This document shows, in pieces, positions 1 through 12,000 of a stretch of 64,000 bases of DNA (position 1 is its first letter; each line of letters starts with the position of its first letter). A program made the translations under genes and the position numbers. Origin of the DNA: Paragordius varius (lineage: Eukaryota; Animalia; Nematomorpha); assembly GCA_964247055.1 (NCBI GenBank), contig OZ176050.1, positions 8,494,001 to 8,558,000 of the forward strand. Direction: 5' to 3'. The notes under the pieces are model-generated. The model did no database searches, was not told the DNA's origin, and saw only the letters and a program-made list of their open reading frames with translations.

Positions 1-31
1 AAATAATAAAATCTATAGATGCTTATATTAC

Positions 32-3000
32 TTTCATTATCATATTCATTGAAATAAAGGTTGGGATGATCGTTAGTAAGCAGTTTTAAATTGACCGCAA
101 AACCGGCCATGTCAAGAGCCATTTTCCGTTCTTTTTTCATGTAAATTGCAAGCCAATCCACAACTTTTCCTTCAACAACCAAGGGCCTTTCAACGTATAA
201 GCCTCCGGCAAATGCTACAGGCCAAACCCCGATCCTTTTCACTTTGCGCATCTATTTTGTGTTTTTATGTAAATAAAAAAATAAATTAGTTGAATGCAAT
301 AGTAAGTTTTCAAACAATTTTTTGGAAAAAATACCACCCTACAAACCCTTTTAAAAAGCACTTAACTAGATATGTATACCATAATTGCTCTCAATTGTGT
401 TTGCATGAGCTTTATAAATTATCTACGAATATTAAATGGAGCTTTAAAACATTTATTTTAAAATATAAAATACCTCTTCAAAGAGTTTGAGATCATATGT
501 GTTATCGTCATCCGCAAAGTAGACCACACAATTTTCTGGTTTTAGCTTTTCAGCATGTCCAATCATAAATGTATTCATATTTGACCAATTAAAGCTGAAT
601 CTTTGAAATCGATCGTTTGCAAAATTTTTATTGTTTAGAAAAAAAATCCATTTTCTTAGCCATGATAAAGCCATGTTTCTTTGGACGCATCCTTTATATG
701 GCAGGTGTTGCTACAAAAATAAATGTTAATAATGTTTTTTCATTAATTAACTTGACACTTAACTATTTTAGTTAGAAACATTGAGGCAAATTTTTTCAAG
801 CAAAGACAACTTTTTTCTAAAGTAAAAGCAACATATATTCATCCAAACGCAATCAAGGGACAACATTTCAAGCAAAGACAACATTTTATTATCCAAACGC
901 AAAGCAAAACAACATTTTTTTTAAAATTAAAGACAAATTTTTTTATGACAATTCGTTATTTAGTAAATATTTAATTATGATTGGTTAAATTTTAGCATAT
1001 TATGATATTTATTGTTTTATTAACAATTGATTAATGTGACCAGATAGGCTGTTTTTCGCAGTACAGAACTGGATTTTCAGAAAAAAACTGCGACTGTACT
1101 GCGCCCATTTTTGTACTGCTTTTTGAAATTAAATTAAATATTTATGAATATATATTAATTACCTTTTATCTAAAAAATCATTATGGAAGAATACCCTCTG
1201 TAATAATTAAACCCATAATTTCTAAAGATATTGTTTATTTTGCGGTAAAAAATTAAGATTGGCCTATTTTTAATTGGTTAATATTTTATTTTTTGTTCGA
1301 ATTATACATAAAATTGGATTAAGAATCGGTCAAACCATTTAATTACAGCCTTTCGCGCAGTGGCAAAACTATAAATCTCGGACTCCACCGTAAGATTCAG
1401 GCTAATGACTCTTTCAAGGGCTTCTGCAAATAGAGGTGCCTCAAAATTTAAAATTAACAAAATTAATTTATTATTTTAATAAATGCTTGATCAAGGTTAG
1501 AGAGTTCATTTTTTGTTAAAATTATCAAACGGAAAATTTTATAGAAAATTGTTATTTGCGTAACTTTATTTAAAATTTATTATTATGGTATATGATTTCG
1601 AAATAACCTATTTTCGGAAAAATTAAGAGATTTACGTTTTATAGTCTCATTAAGTGTGAGGTATGATTAAGGTGACCAGATTTTTTGAAGGAAAAAGCGG
1701 GACAAATCCGAGAAGGGGGGAGGGGGTCTTATTTTTAACACAAATACATTATAAATATAAAATTTGTACCTTACAGGTTGTTTGTACCTTATTCAATAAA
1801 TTTACATGTGCACGAACAAAGGGTGAAGTGATTGTAATATTCTAGAAAAAAATAATAAAGACGAAATCATCACAAAGTGCGCTGGGTGATGCAAGAAGCG
1901 GCACAAAAAATATTTTTAACAATTTAGGCTAATAATCTCAAAAAACATTATTGATAGATACACAACGCTATTCAAACAGCTACTGATTTGTTACCCCTGG
2001 ATGTGGAAAATATAGATGTTAAAATGCTTGGATATTGTAGAACTGTTGGTTAGCTCTTTTGCCAGCGATTGAAATATTTATAAAAATGTAATCTCCTAGA
2101 ATCCTATTTTTTATCACAGGACAGTCAAAATTCCAAGTCAAAAGAGGTTAGAAAATAATTTTATACCATTACCTAATCGCAATATTATAAAGCATCCAGA
2201 AAAACAAGGCTCAATGAATATCCAGAATATAAAAATGTTTTATACAAACAGAAACGATTATTTGGAAGACAAGACGGTGCACAATGACACTTTTTTATGA
2301 GGTCTCATTATTAAATAAATATATTGAATGTAAACTTATATTATGGACAACAGAAAAAAAACGTAGGATAGAAATGGTTAAAATAATCATTTTTAAACAA
2401 ATTATGTTCCATACAATAATATTGTAATTGTAGAATTTGCATTATCTTTACCTGAACCACTGCTATTGAACGCGATTTTCCACAGTAAATTAAGTAAGGA
2501 CACGGAATCAAATTTAAATGTTGAATAAAAGCCATTTTATGTGTTCAAATATAATTTGACAAATTATGAAGACTTATACAATTTTTTAAGTAATTTTGTT
2601 TATTTTTTAACATAAAAACTTTATAAATATAAGAAAATATTTATTTGGTATATTTTTGTTTGAGTGAATGCGTTTTAGCAGATTGTCATCATTTATTAAA
2701 ATATTGTAGAAGTCCCAAGAATTTGTCAAATTATATTTGACAGATAAAACGGCCTTTAAAGTTTCAACATTTAAATTTGATTTTTCCGATGTCCACACCT
2801 GATTTACTGTGGAAAAAACGCGCTCAGTAGCAGCGTTGGTTCCAGGTAAAGATAGTGCGAACTCCACAATTTTTTAAATATTATTGATGTAATATAGTTG
2901 GCTTCAAAATGATGAAACATTTTTTAACCATTTCTTTTCTACTGTATATTTCTTTTGTCCATAATTTAAGTTTTTCATCATTAATATATCTTTATAATAC

Positions 3001-6000
3001 TTCAGAAAAAAGATCATTTTCTGAAAGATTACTTTTTGAGAATTTTTGGGAGCAGATATAATCAAATGATTTTTGAACATCGCACCAATTAAATTCTGAT
3101 TTTAATGTTAATGAAAATGATCAATTTCATTGAATTGCGTCGTCCAGTCTTCCAAATAATCTTTACAGTTTGTATTAAACATTTTTATATGGTAGAGGAT
3201 ATCTTGGCGATTTATTAAGCCTTGTTTTTCTAAATTATTTATTATATTGCGGATGGTTAATGGTATAAAATTATTTTCTAACCGTTCTTGACATTGGAAT
3301 TTTAGGTTACTAACTTCTTTGGCTACTTCGATTGCCGAAATTTTGTCACCTTCTATAAATTTATTAACATTTTGAAAGAGAGAAGCTTGATTATGTAAGA
3401 AGTTTAACCATATTTTTGAAGAATCACTTTCAAAAAACTTTTTTAAAGTTGTAGGAAATTTGTCCTGTGATAAAAAAAAGATTTTAAAGGATCATACATT
3501 TTTAAAATTCTTTCGATAGCTGGCATAAAAGCTAATTAACGAGTTTTACAATATCCAAGCATTTTTTGATATTGAACTTCTGCATTTTCAAAGAATTCTT
3601 TAAGCGTTTCAACACGTACCGTGTGTATATAAAAATAGGAATATATTTTAACAACTACATTTTCCACATCTATGGGTAACAAATCAGCAGTTGTTTGAAT
3701 AGCGTTTTGTATTATATGCGCTGCACACCAACGCCAATAATGTTTTGATTAAGATTATCTGCTAATTTATGAATATTTTTCGTTCCCCTCCTTGCTTCAC
3801 CGAAGTTCGTATTAGCGTTGTCAGCGCAATATGCGATATTTTGTCTTTTAAATTATTTTTTTTTAGAATATGCATTATTGAAGTAAATATTATTTCGGAA
3901 TTTTCCCCGGGTAGAGAAATTAAATCTAAAATTTTAATTTTTAATCCGGTTTCTGAATCAAAATATCTTATTAAGGGAAATAATTTTGTTTCATGGTGAT
4001 TTGATGCATCAGAATATAGGGATAAGAAATTAATTTTCGGCAAATCTTTTTGTATTTCAGAAAATGCATGTGGCGAAAGGACATTGCACAAAATGGCTTC
4101 AGCCTTTGTACGGGCATATGTATTTAATTGAATAACGTGCGAATAACCTGTGAGGTACAGTCCATAGATCTAAAGGAATGATTGTGATTAACAGCGTGAA
4201 AAGATAACACGCCCTCAGCTAGTGGCAAATTCTTTTCTTCCTCTCCAAAAGCGGTTTTTCGACAAAAATCGCTCCTTTTGTATGATGCCGCCATATCTAA
4301 ACATTTTTTATGTTTCTGTGTTTCTATATGCTTTGTAATATCATGCTTGCCACCATGTGCTAGGGTGAATTCCCCCTCGCATATAAGATATTTAACAGAT
4401 GATTCATTCTTCGTTTTTTTTAAATAAAAGGAAAATCTTTCATTAATTCATCGTTATATTTTCAACCTCTTTTTGTGCTCATATTTATAAACTACTATTA
4501 GTATAATAAATATTATATTACCTTAATTTTCTGGAATAAACGTGTAAGGTACCGATTTGTGGTATCAATTTGTCTTCTAAGCTACCGATTTGTGGTATTA
4601 ATTTGGCTTTTTGATAGGTTAGCAAGTAATAAAACTAAAATATTAGCATAGTAAATATTATATTACCTTAATTTTCTGAAATAAACGTGTAAGGTACCTA
4701 TTTGTGGTATCAATTTGTCTTTTAATCTAAAGATTTGTGGTATTAATTTGGCTTTTTGATAATGATGACAGTAGTAGTAGGAAGGAAAGTGTATAATCAT
4801 AGGATATAAATTCGAAAAAAATAAATATTAATTTAAAAATAAAAAATTTTAATTTAAAATTTATGATATCAAAGATATTTAATGATAAAAAAATTAAACG
4901 GATAAAAAAAATTTATTTGTATTAAAAAAAATTTTTTTTTTAATCGAGAAAAAGCGGGACATTTTAAAAACGTAGCGGGACGCAGGACATAGTGTGAAAA
5001 AGCGGGACGTCTAGTCACCTTAGGTATGATACTTAATTTTTTTCCTAAACTTTATAATTATTAGTTTTCTTATTTTTTGCAACAAATTTGAGATATTTTG
5101 TTAAATACTTCTAACGGTTTTGAGCATTATGGAAATGGTTCGCTTCTAAATAATTCGATGATGTTGAACATAGAGTTTTAATTTAAAGGTTTGTTTGCTT
5201 GCGAATTTCGGTAAATTTTCGTAAAAAGACACAATTTTTATTAAAATAATTTGAAAACGAACGAGTATTTTAATCAAAATTCTGATTTAGAAATTAGCAT
5301 TATCGAATTTTATAAAAATGTTATAACAACCGTTTATATCGTTTCCATTATGCTGAAATTAGCATGAAGTATGCTTCAACAAAATGCTAAAAATCAAATT
5401 TTTGAAAGTATGCATTTTTTAAAAATATATTTAGTTGACATCAAAATTAAGCATATATTTAAAACTATTGCATAATCTCGGAATTTTTGCGATTATAAGA
5501 GAACAGTCCATTGAAGAGCCAAAAAATTTGGTACTTGTAGAGCCCACACCTAAAAACTTAAACCAAAAACACCATGATAATCCTGATATTTTCCTATCAG
5601 TATATATATATATATATATATATTTCATGTGGAAATTTTTTTGTGGAAACTGTGTTATATACCAGACCTATGCTGTAAAAACAGGCAAAGTATGTTTTAA
5701 TTTTGTACTGTGTGCAAGTTCAAAATATCTGTACATTACAATTGATGGTAAATTGATTTTCAAACATCATTTGCCCATAATTAAATTGTATTATTATTAC
5801 TAATAATTTTTTCAGATCATCTTTATTTTCATCCAATCATTCAGATAAGTGAATTTTTAATATTTTAACGGAATATAATAACAGTTGTTTTTTTTTCAAA
5901 TGACCGCCGTATACTTTTTTATAGTTGATTTTTTAAATATAACTTATAGTTTTAAATTTATGACGAAATAGAGATAACATAATCAATTATGTGTTTAACA

Positions 6001-9000
6001 CTGTAATTAAATAATTTATACGGAAAAGATTAAGGTTTAAAAAAGTACAATTATCTTAAAAAAATAGATTTGTTTTTATATTTTAGCTTTTGTCAGCATT
6101 TAATTTTTACGTTATTATATAAATAAAACTCCAATATTTGAAAATATTGTTGATAGATGAAAATAGGGTGGTTCTTAAAGAATAGCATATTTATTATAAT
6201 AAATAATACAATTAAGTTATGGGCAAAATAAAATATTTTAAAATCAATTTACCATCAAATATTGATAATAAAAACAATAAAAATCATAATTTAACGCTAA
6301 AATTCAACTAATCATTAATTTAAATACTTAATATTGAATTGTCATATGATAAAAAAGTTGTATTTAATTTAAAAAAGTTGTTTTTGCTTGAAAAAATGCT
6401 GTAGTTGCCTAAAATATGTTGTCGTTGCTTGAAAAATGTTGCGTTTGGTTGAAAAATGTTGTTTTTGACTGAAAAATGGTAGATATTTGCATATGAAGAG
6501 CATTTTTTGAAATTATAACATGTGATTTATCTTGTTTGGTACTTCATATGGATGGGAAAAAATATTTTTTGAATTTATAGCACATAATTAGGGTGACCAG
6601 ACGTCCCGCCTTTTCACACTTTGTCCCGCGTCCCGCTACGTTTTTGAAATGTCCCGCTTTTTCATGATTACATAAAAAAATTTTTATTAAATACATTTAA
6701 ATTTATGAAAAATTTATTTTTTTATCCTTTTAAATTTTTCATCATTAGTGATCTTTAAAATCTATATCAATTTTAAATTATTGTTTGTTTTTAAATTAAA
6801 AATATTTATTTTTTTCGAATTTATATCATATGATTATACACTTTGTTTCCTACTCCTACTGCCAACATTATCAAAAAGACAAATTAATACCACAAATCGG
6901 TAGCTTATACGTTTACTCCAGAAAATCAAGGTATTATAATATTTTTATTATGCTAATATTAGTTTAAAAATATGAGTACAATATAGGTTGTAAATTCAAG
7001 CATGAATTAATGAAAGAATTTCATTTTATCAAAAAAACAAAAAATGTATCATTTGTTAACTTTATGCGAGGGGGAATTCCCCCTAGCACATGGCGGCAAG
7101 CATGAATTACAAAACATATGTAAACACAGAAACATAAAAGATATGGCGGCATCATCTTACAAAATGAGCGATTTTTATCGAAAAACCGCTAGAGGAAGAA
7201 AAGAGATTGGCACTAGCCAAGGGTGTTTTATCTTTTCACGCCGTTAATCACAAACATTCTTTTAGATCTATGGATTGTACCTCACAGGTTATTCGTACCT
7301 TATTCAATAAAAAAATTACATGTGCCCGTACAAAAGCTGAAGCCATTGTATGCAATGTCTTTTCGCCACATGCATTTTCATTTTCTGAAATACAAAAAGA
7401 TTTTCTGAAAATTAATTGCATATCTCTATACTCTGATGCATCAAATCACAACGAAACAAAATTATTTCCCACTTTAAAAGGATATTTTGATCCAGAAACC
7501 GGAGTAATTAAAATTTTAGATTTTTCTCTAGCCGGTGAAAATTCCGACAAATTTTTACTTCATAGAAAAAATAATTTAAAAGACAAAATCATCGCATATT
7601 GCGCTGACAACACCAATACGAACTTCGGTGGAAAAGCAAGGAGGGGAACAAAAAATATTTTACATAAATTAGCCATAATCTTCAAAACATTGGCGTGGTG
7701 TGCAGCGCATATAATACACAACGCTATTCAAACAGCTGCTGATTTTTTACCCCTATATGTCTAAAATGTAGTTGTTAAAATATATTCCTATTTTTTATAC
7801 ACGGTACGCGTTGAAACGCTTAAAATTTCTGTGAAAATGCGGAAGTTCAAGTTCAATATCAAAAAATGCTTTCGTTGGTTAGCTTTTCTGCCAGCTATCG
7901 AAAGAATTTTAAAAATGTATGATCCTTTAAACCTACCACTTTGGTAAAGTTTTTTGGAAGAAAAAGGGATCAATAAAATGATCCATATATGTGGATTGTT
8001 TCGAAACATTATTTAATAGCTATGATCTTATAGGATTTTCAAAACGGTGCATTCATACTAATATATTGTCTACTGGTGTAAAGGGCCCAAATTGACGGCT
8101 AACAAAAAAAATAGCTTATAATTAGTTTTTATGGGGAATATTCAGGGCCTTTATTGAACTCGTAAGGCTTCTTAAGTTTTTTGAAAATTAGCTCCAAAGG
8201 CACGCCAATTTTTTATGATATCTCAGTTTTAAACCGGTAGACCCCTACCCATAGGCCTATATGGAAAAAGCATTAAGTTAAATTTTTTGCCTGGCGCAAT
8301 CGAAAATAGGTAAAAACATATTTGAAATCGAATGGTTCAACACGTTTTTCAGAAAATTGTCTCGAAGACACGATTTTTGTGGACTTGTGTTTTCAAAAAA
8401 ACTGTTTTTTACACGAGGTGGGCCCGAACTGGGGACCTAATTCAAAAAAGGGCGAAGATGTTGGGGCATTCATTAATGATTATATTTTTTCCACATTTGG
8501 ATTTGAATGGGTCTATCGGTTATCCGGAAACAGATCAAGCCACCACTTTCCATTTTTATAAATATATAGATTTGTGTTAAAAATTATAAATATTACAATA
8601 AATTTTTTTGTATAAAAATTTTTGGTTGTACCCCCCATGTTCCCCCCCTCTCAGATTTGTCCCGCTTTTTCCTTCAAAAAATCTGGTCACCATACACAGA
8701 ATATATAATGATAAATAATTTATATCATACAATAATTTTAATTATGATTACAAATCTGGGTATATACCATTTCCCAGTCTAAATATACGTTTTCCCAGTC
8801 AATCGAAACATTTTCTCAGTCATTCAAAACGTTTTCCCAGTCAATCCATTTTCCCAGTCATTCGAAACATTTTCCCAGTCATTCGAAACATTTTCCCAGT
8901 CATTCGAAACGTTTTCCCAGTCTATAAAAACGTTTTCCCAGTCTATAAAAACGTTTTCCCAGTCAATCGAAACGTTTTCTCAGTCAATCGAAACGTTTTC

Positions 9001-12000
9001 CCAGTCAATAAAAACGGTTTTATTTTTGATAATAAATATCGAAACAAGATGCAAAAATAACTTTTAACCATTATCAGCGTAATATTAGAATATTATTTTG
9101 CAAAAAAACACAATTATTGAATGAGAATTTTTCCCATATATTCCACTACACAATCTTTAATGACTTATTTTTAAAAAGTTGAACTATTACTGTACAAATA
9201 TACCTGAATAAATCAATCATTGTTTGATTTTATTAAAGAGACAAATTGAGATAATATATTAAAAAATGATTTTCATTTATTGTATATTTTATAAAAAGAT
9301 CACATATAAGGTAAACCGGCTGACGCCTTTACCATATTTGTCATTATCTTTTCAAAATAATTTCTGTCCGATGTTATGGAGCCCGCTGCCAATTTTATCA
9401 GATTCACTAATTCCACATTCGCATTCATATTATTTAATATAATATTTTGTCGGACAAAATTTTTCATTTTTGAAAATGCCATTTCGATTGGGCTTAACAT
9501 ATAACTGTACGGGGACAAAAAATCAATTTTGTATTTGTATTTTATCCAATATATTTTTTCATTAAAATCAACTTTTTCATCGTAAAATTATTTTTTAAAA
9601 CAGTATTTTGATCAAGGACAAAGTTGAAAGGTTTCCTTTTTGATTGTAAAGAGTTGAAAATACATTTAAATTTTATAATTCAATCCGAAACTTTAGATAT
9701 TTTAGGTTAGCCCCGAATATTAATGCGAACGATGGATAAAATAAAAAATTATTAACTTTCTAAAAATATCTCAAAAACCATCAAATACTCATCCAGTTTA
9801 TAAAATATAGCTTTCAAAGATAAGTAGAAAGATTATGTAGTGGAATATATGGGAAAAATTGTCATTCAATAATTGTGTTACGTTGATAATGGTTAAAAGT
9901 TATTTTTGTATTTTGTTCTAATATTTATTATCAAAAATAAAACCGTTTTTATTGACTGGGAAAACGTTTTTATTGACTGGGAAAACGTTTCGATTGACTG
10001 GGAAAACGTTTCGATTGACTGGGAAAATGTTTCGATTGACTGGTAAAACGTTTCGATTGACTGAGAAAATGTTTCGATTGACTGGGAAAACGTTTATTTA
10101 GACTAAGAAATGGTATAGTTTTTGCTTACCGAACAAGTTTTTCTTAAACAAACGACTGTTAAAATATCAACATTTGCTCTAAATGCATTGTGACCCTTAT
10201 TTTTCAAAATCGTTTGGTAGTTCTCTTCTTTTATAAAAATACCCTTTTGACCTATAATTTAAATAATGATAAGGAAAATAAGGGTTACCCAACAATTTAT
10301 AACCCAATAATAATATTTTATGCTTTCTCACCAAATCGATCTTTTAATTTTACGATTGATTGATTATATCATAAAATTTGTATTTTCAATATTTTTTCCA
10401 TTTTTACAAAGAGGAGGAGAACTAACTTAGGATAAATCAAAAAAGTTTCTGTGTTAATCAGAAATTGAATATAAATAGTCAATATTATGGGTTTGCACTT
10501 TCCCGAAAATTACCAGACATTTTGGCGGATATTTTTTAGCTAATTTAATATTTATCAATTTTTTGATGATGAGATCAAGGGCTTGGAACCAGAAGCACAA
10601 GAATCGGTTGTGGTGGAACCGTTGTTTGCGACAAGACATTATTAAAATTTTATGAGCCGTTTTGTAACATGTTCCAATTTTTAAAAAACCGTTTTAGAGT
10701 CGGTTCTGCATTAGAGACCAAGTTTTTTAAATTTATTATGGCATCTTTAAGCATTGTTAAATTCTTATATAATAATTTAAAATACATCTGATATACAGTC
10801 GTGTATGGAAACTTTTGATAAATGTACGTTTTTAATTGATTATAGTCTTTTTTTTATTGTTTTACGTAAACATCCATTTAACATGCGCATTCTTCTGACG
10901 ATGTTTTGTTTAGACACAAATTAAAAAAGACATATTGATTTTATTTTTCATTATAAATATCTTAAATTTTAATAAATTTATTCAACTCAAAAGTTAATAC
11001 ATATAACCAAAATATAAATTAAATATAAATATATTTATTGATGTTTAAAAAAGTTGTGTCAAAGCATAAATAAATGATTTTTAATTAACCATAAATGGAA
11101 TAATGGCTGAACATCTAAAAAGATTTAGAACCACTAAATGTAAAATTCTCTTTAATTTACAAATTACTCAAAGAATGTGTATTTGAAAACCGCGAGAACG
11201 CAATACACTAGAAACAATAGAAAAGTCATACAATTGTGCCAGACTAGTCAAAACTGTTTTGCACGAAAGAATTATTATAGACTAGGTTCTTAAAATTATA
11301 TGGGGTAGACCTCGAAGGGCAAATGTCCTATTGTAGAGGGAAGGTACACTCTGATTTTATTTTAGGAAAAAATGTTTCATTGATATGCATGTTTGGTTGT
11401 CAAGGAGTAATTAATTACAAAACAAAATAAGGCGCCTTTAAAGGCTATTATTTAAGAAATTTCTTGGCGGAATGCCTAACCGAAATTCTTGAAAATTCAT
11501 TCATAGTTTGCGACAATGCCCCAACTCAAGCCGCGGTGGTAGTTGAACTAAGGAGTAATTTTACCCCCTTATTGGCCGCGACTCAATCCCATATATTGTT
11601 TTTTTCTATAAGATAAATAATTTAAACCAGGGTTCCTACATTCTGGAAAATAAACCCTTAGAAAACGAAACAATTATAATATTTAGTTGATATTGTATCA
11701 GACAATATAATATATTTTCAAATTGTATTTTGGTTCTTTGTATTCAAACTTTTGAATTATATTATAAAATTCTTGATTTGTGTTATCTTTATAAGAAAAA
11801 ATAAAAACAATATGTCCTTTTTAATTGTGGCTAAACAAAACATTATCAGAAGAATGCGCATGTTGAATGGATGTTCACGTAAAACAATAAAAATAAAAAC
11901 GTACATTTTTCAAAAGCTTTCATACATGACTGTACCTTTTTCTATATATATCCTTTAAATTACATGATTTTTGCAATTGATGAAGAATATAAAAACCAGT

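Larger units (their letters stand above)
772..6481. mobile_element. Foldback-type DNA element with long degenerate TIRs containing 20-bp tandem subrepeats; interrupted by hAT copy 1
   Basis: Arms ~772-1030 and ~6260-6481 are reverse complements (e.g. ATGACAATTC..ATGATT.GTT.AATTTTAGC). Unit ~CAAGCAAAAACAACATTTTT. Right terminus reads TACCATTTTTCAGTC inward. A short related copy lies at ~44720-44840. Confidence 0.6.

Noticed and set aside
171-200. Possible frameshift in the B3GAT exon
   Set aside because: Careful re-reading gives an uninterrupted LYVERPLVVEGKVVDW.
8322-8580. Recurrent ORFs here and at 44073-44373 and 48620-50046 as a repeated gene family
   Set aside because: Overlapping frames within a non-coding repeat module; the open frame differs between copies and there is no domain signature.
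8770-9010. 21-bp arrays (also 9950-10110, 54958-55570) as CRISPR
   Set aside because: Direct tandem units without unique spacers, arranged as inverted arms of TA-flanked transposons, in eukaryotic DNA with no cas genes.
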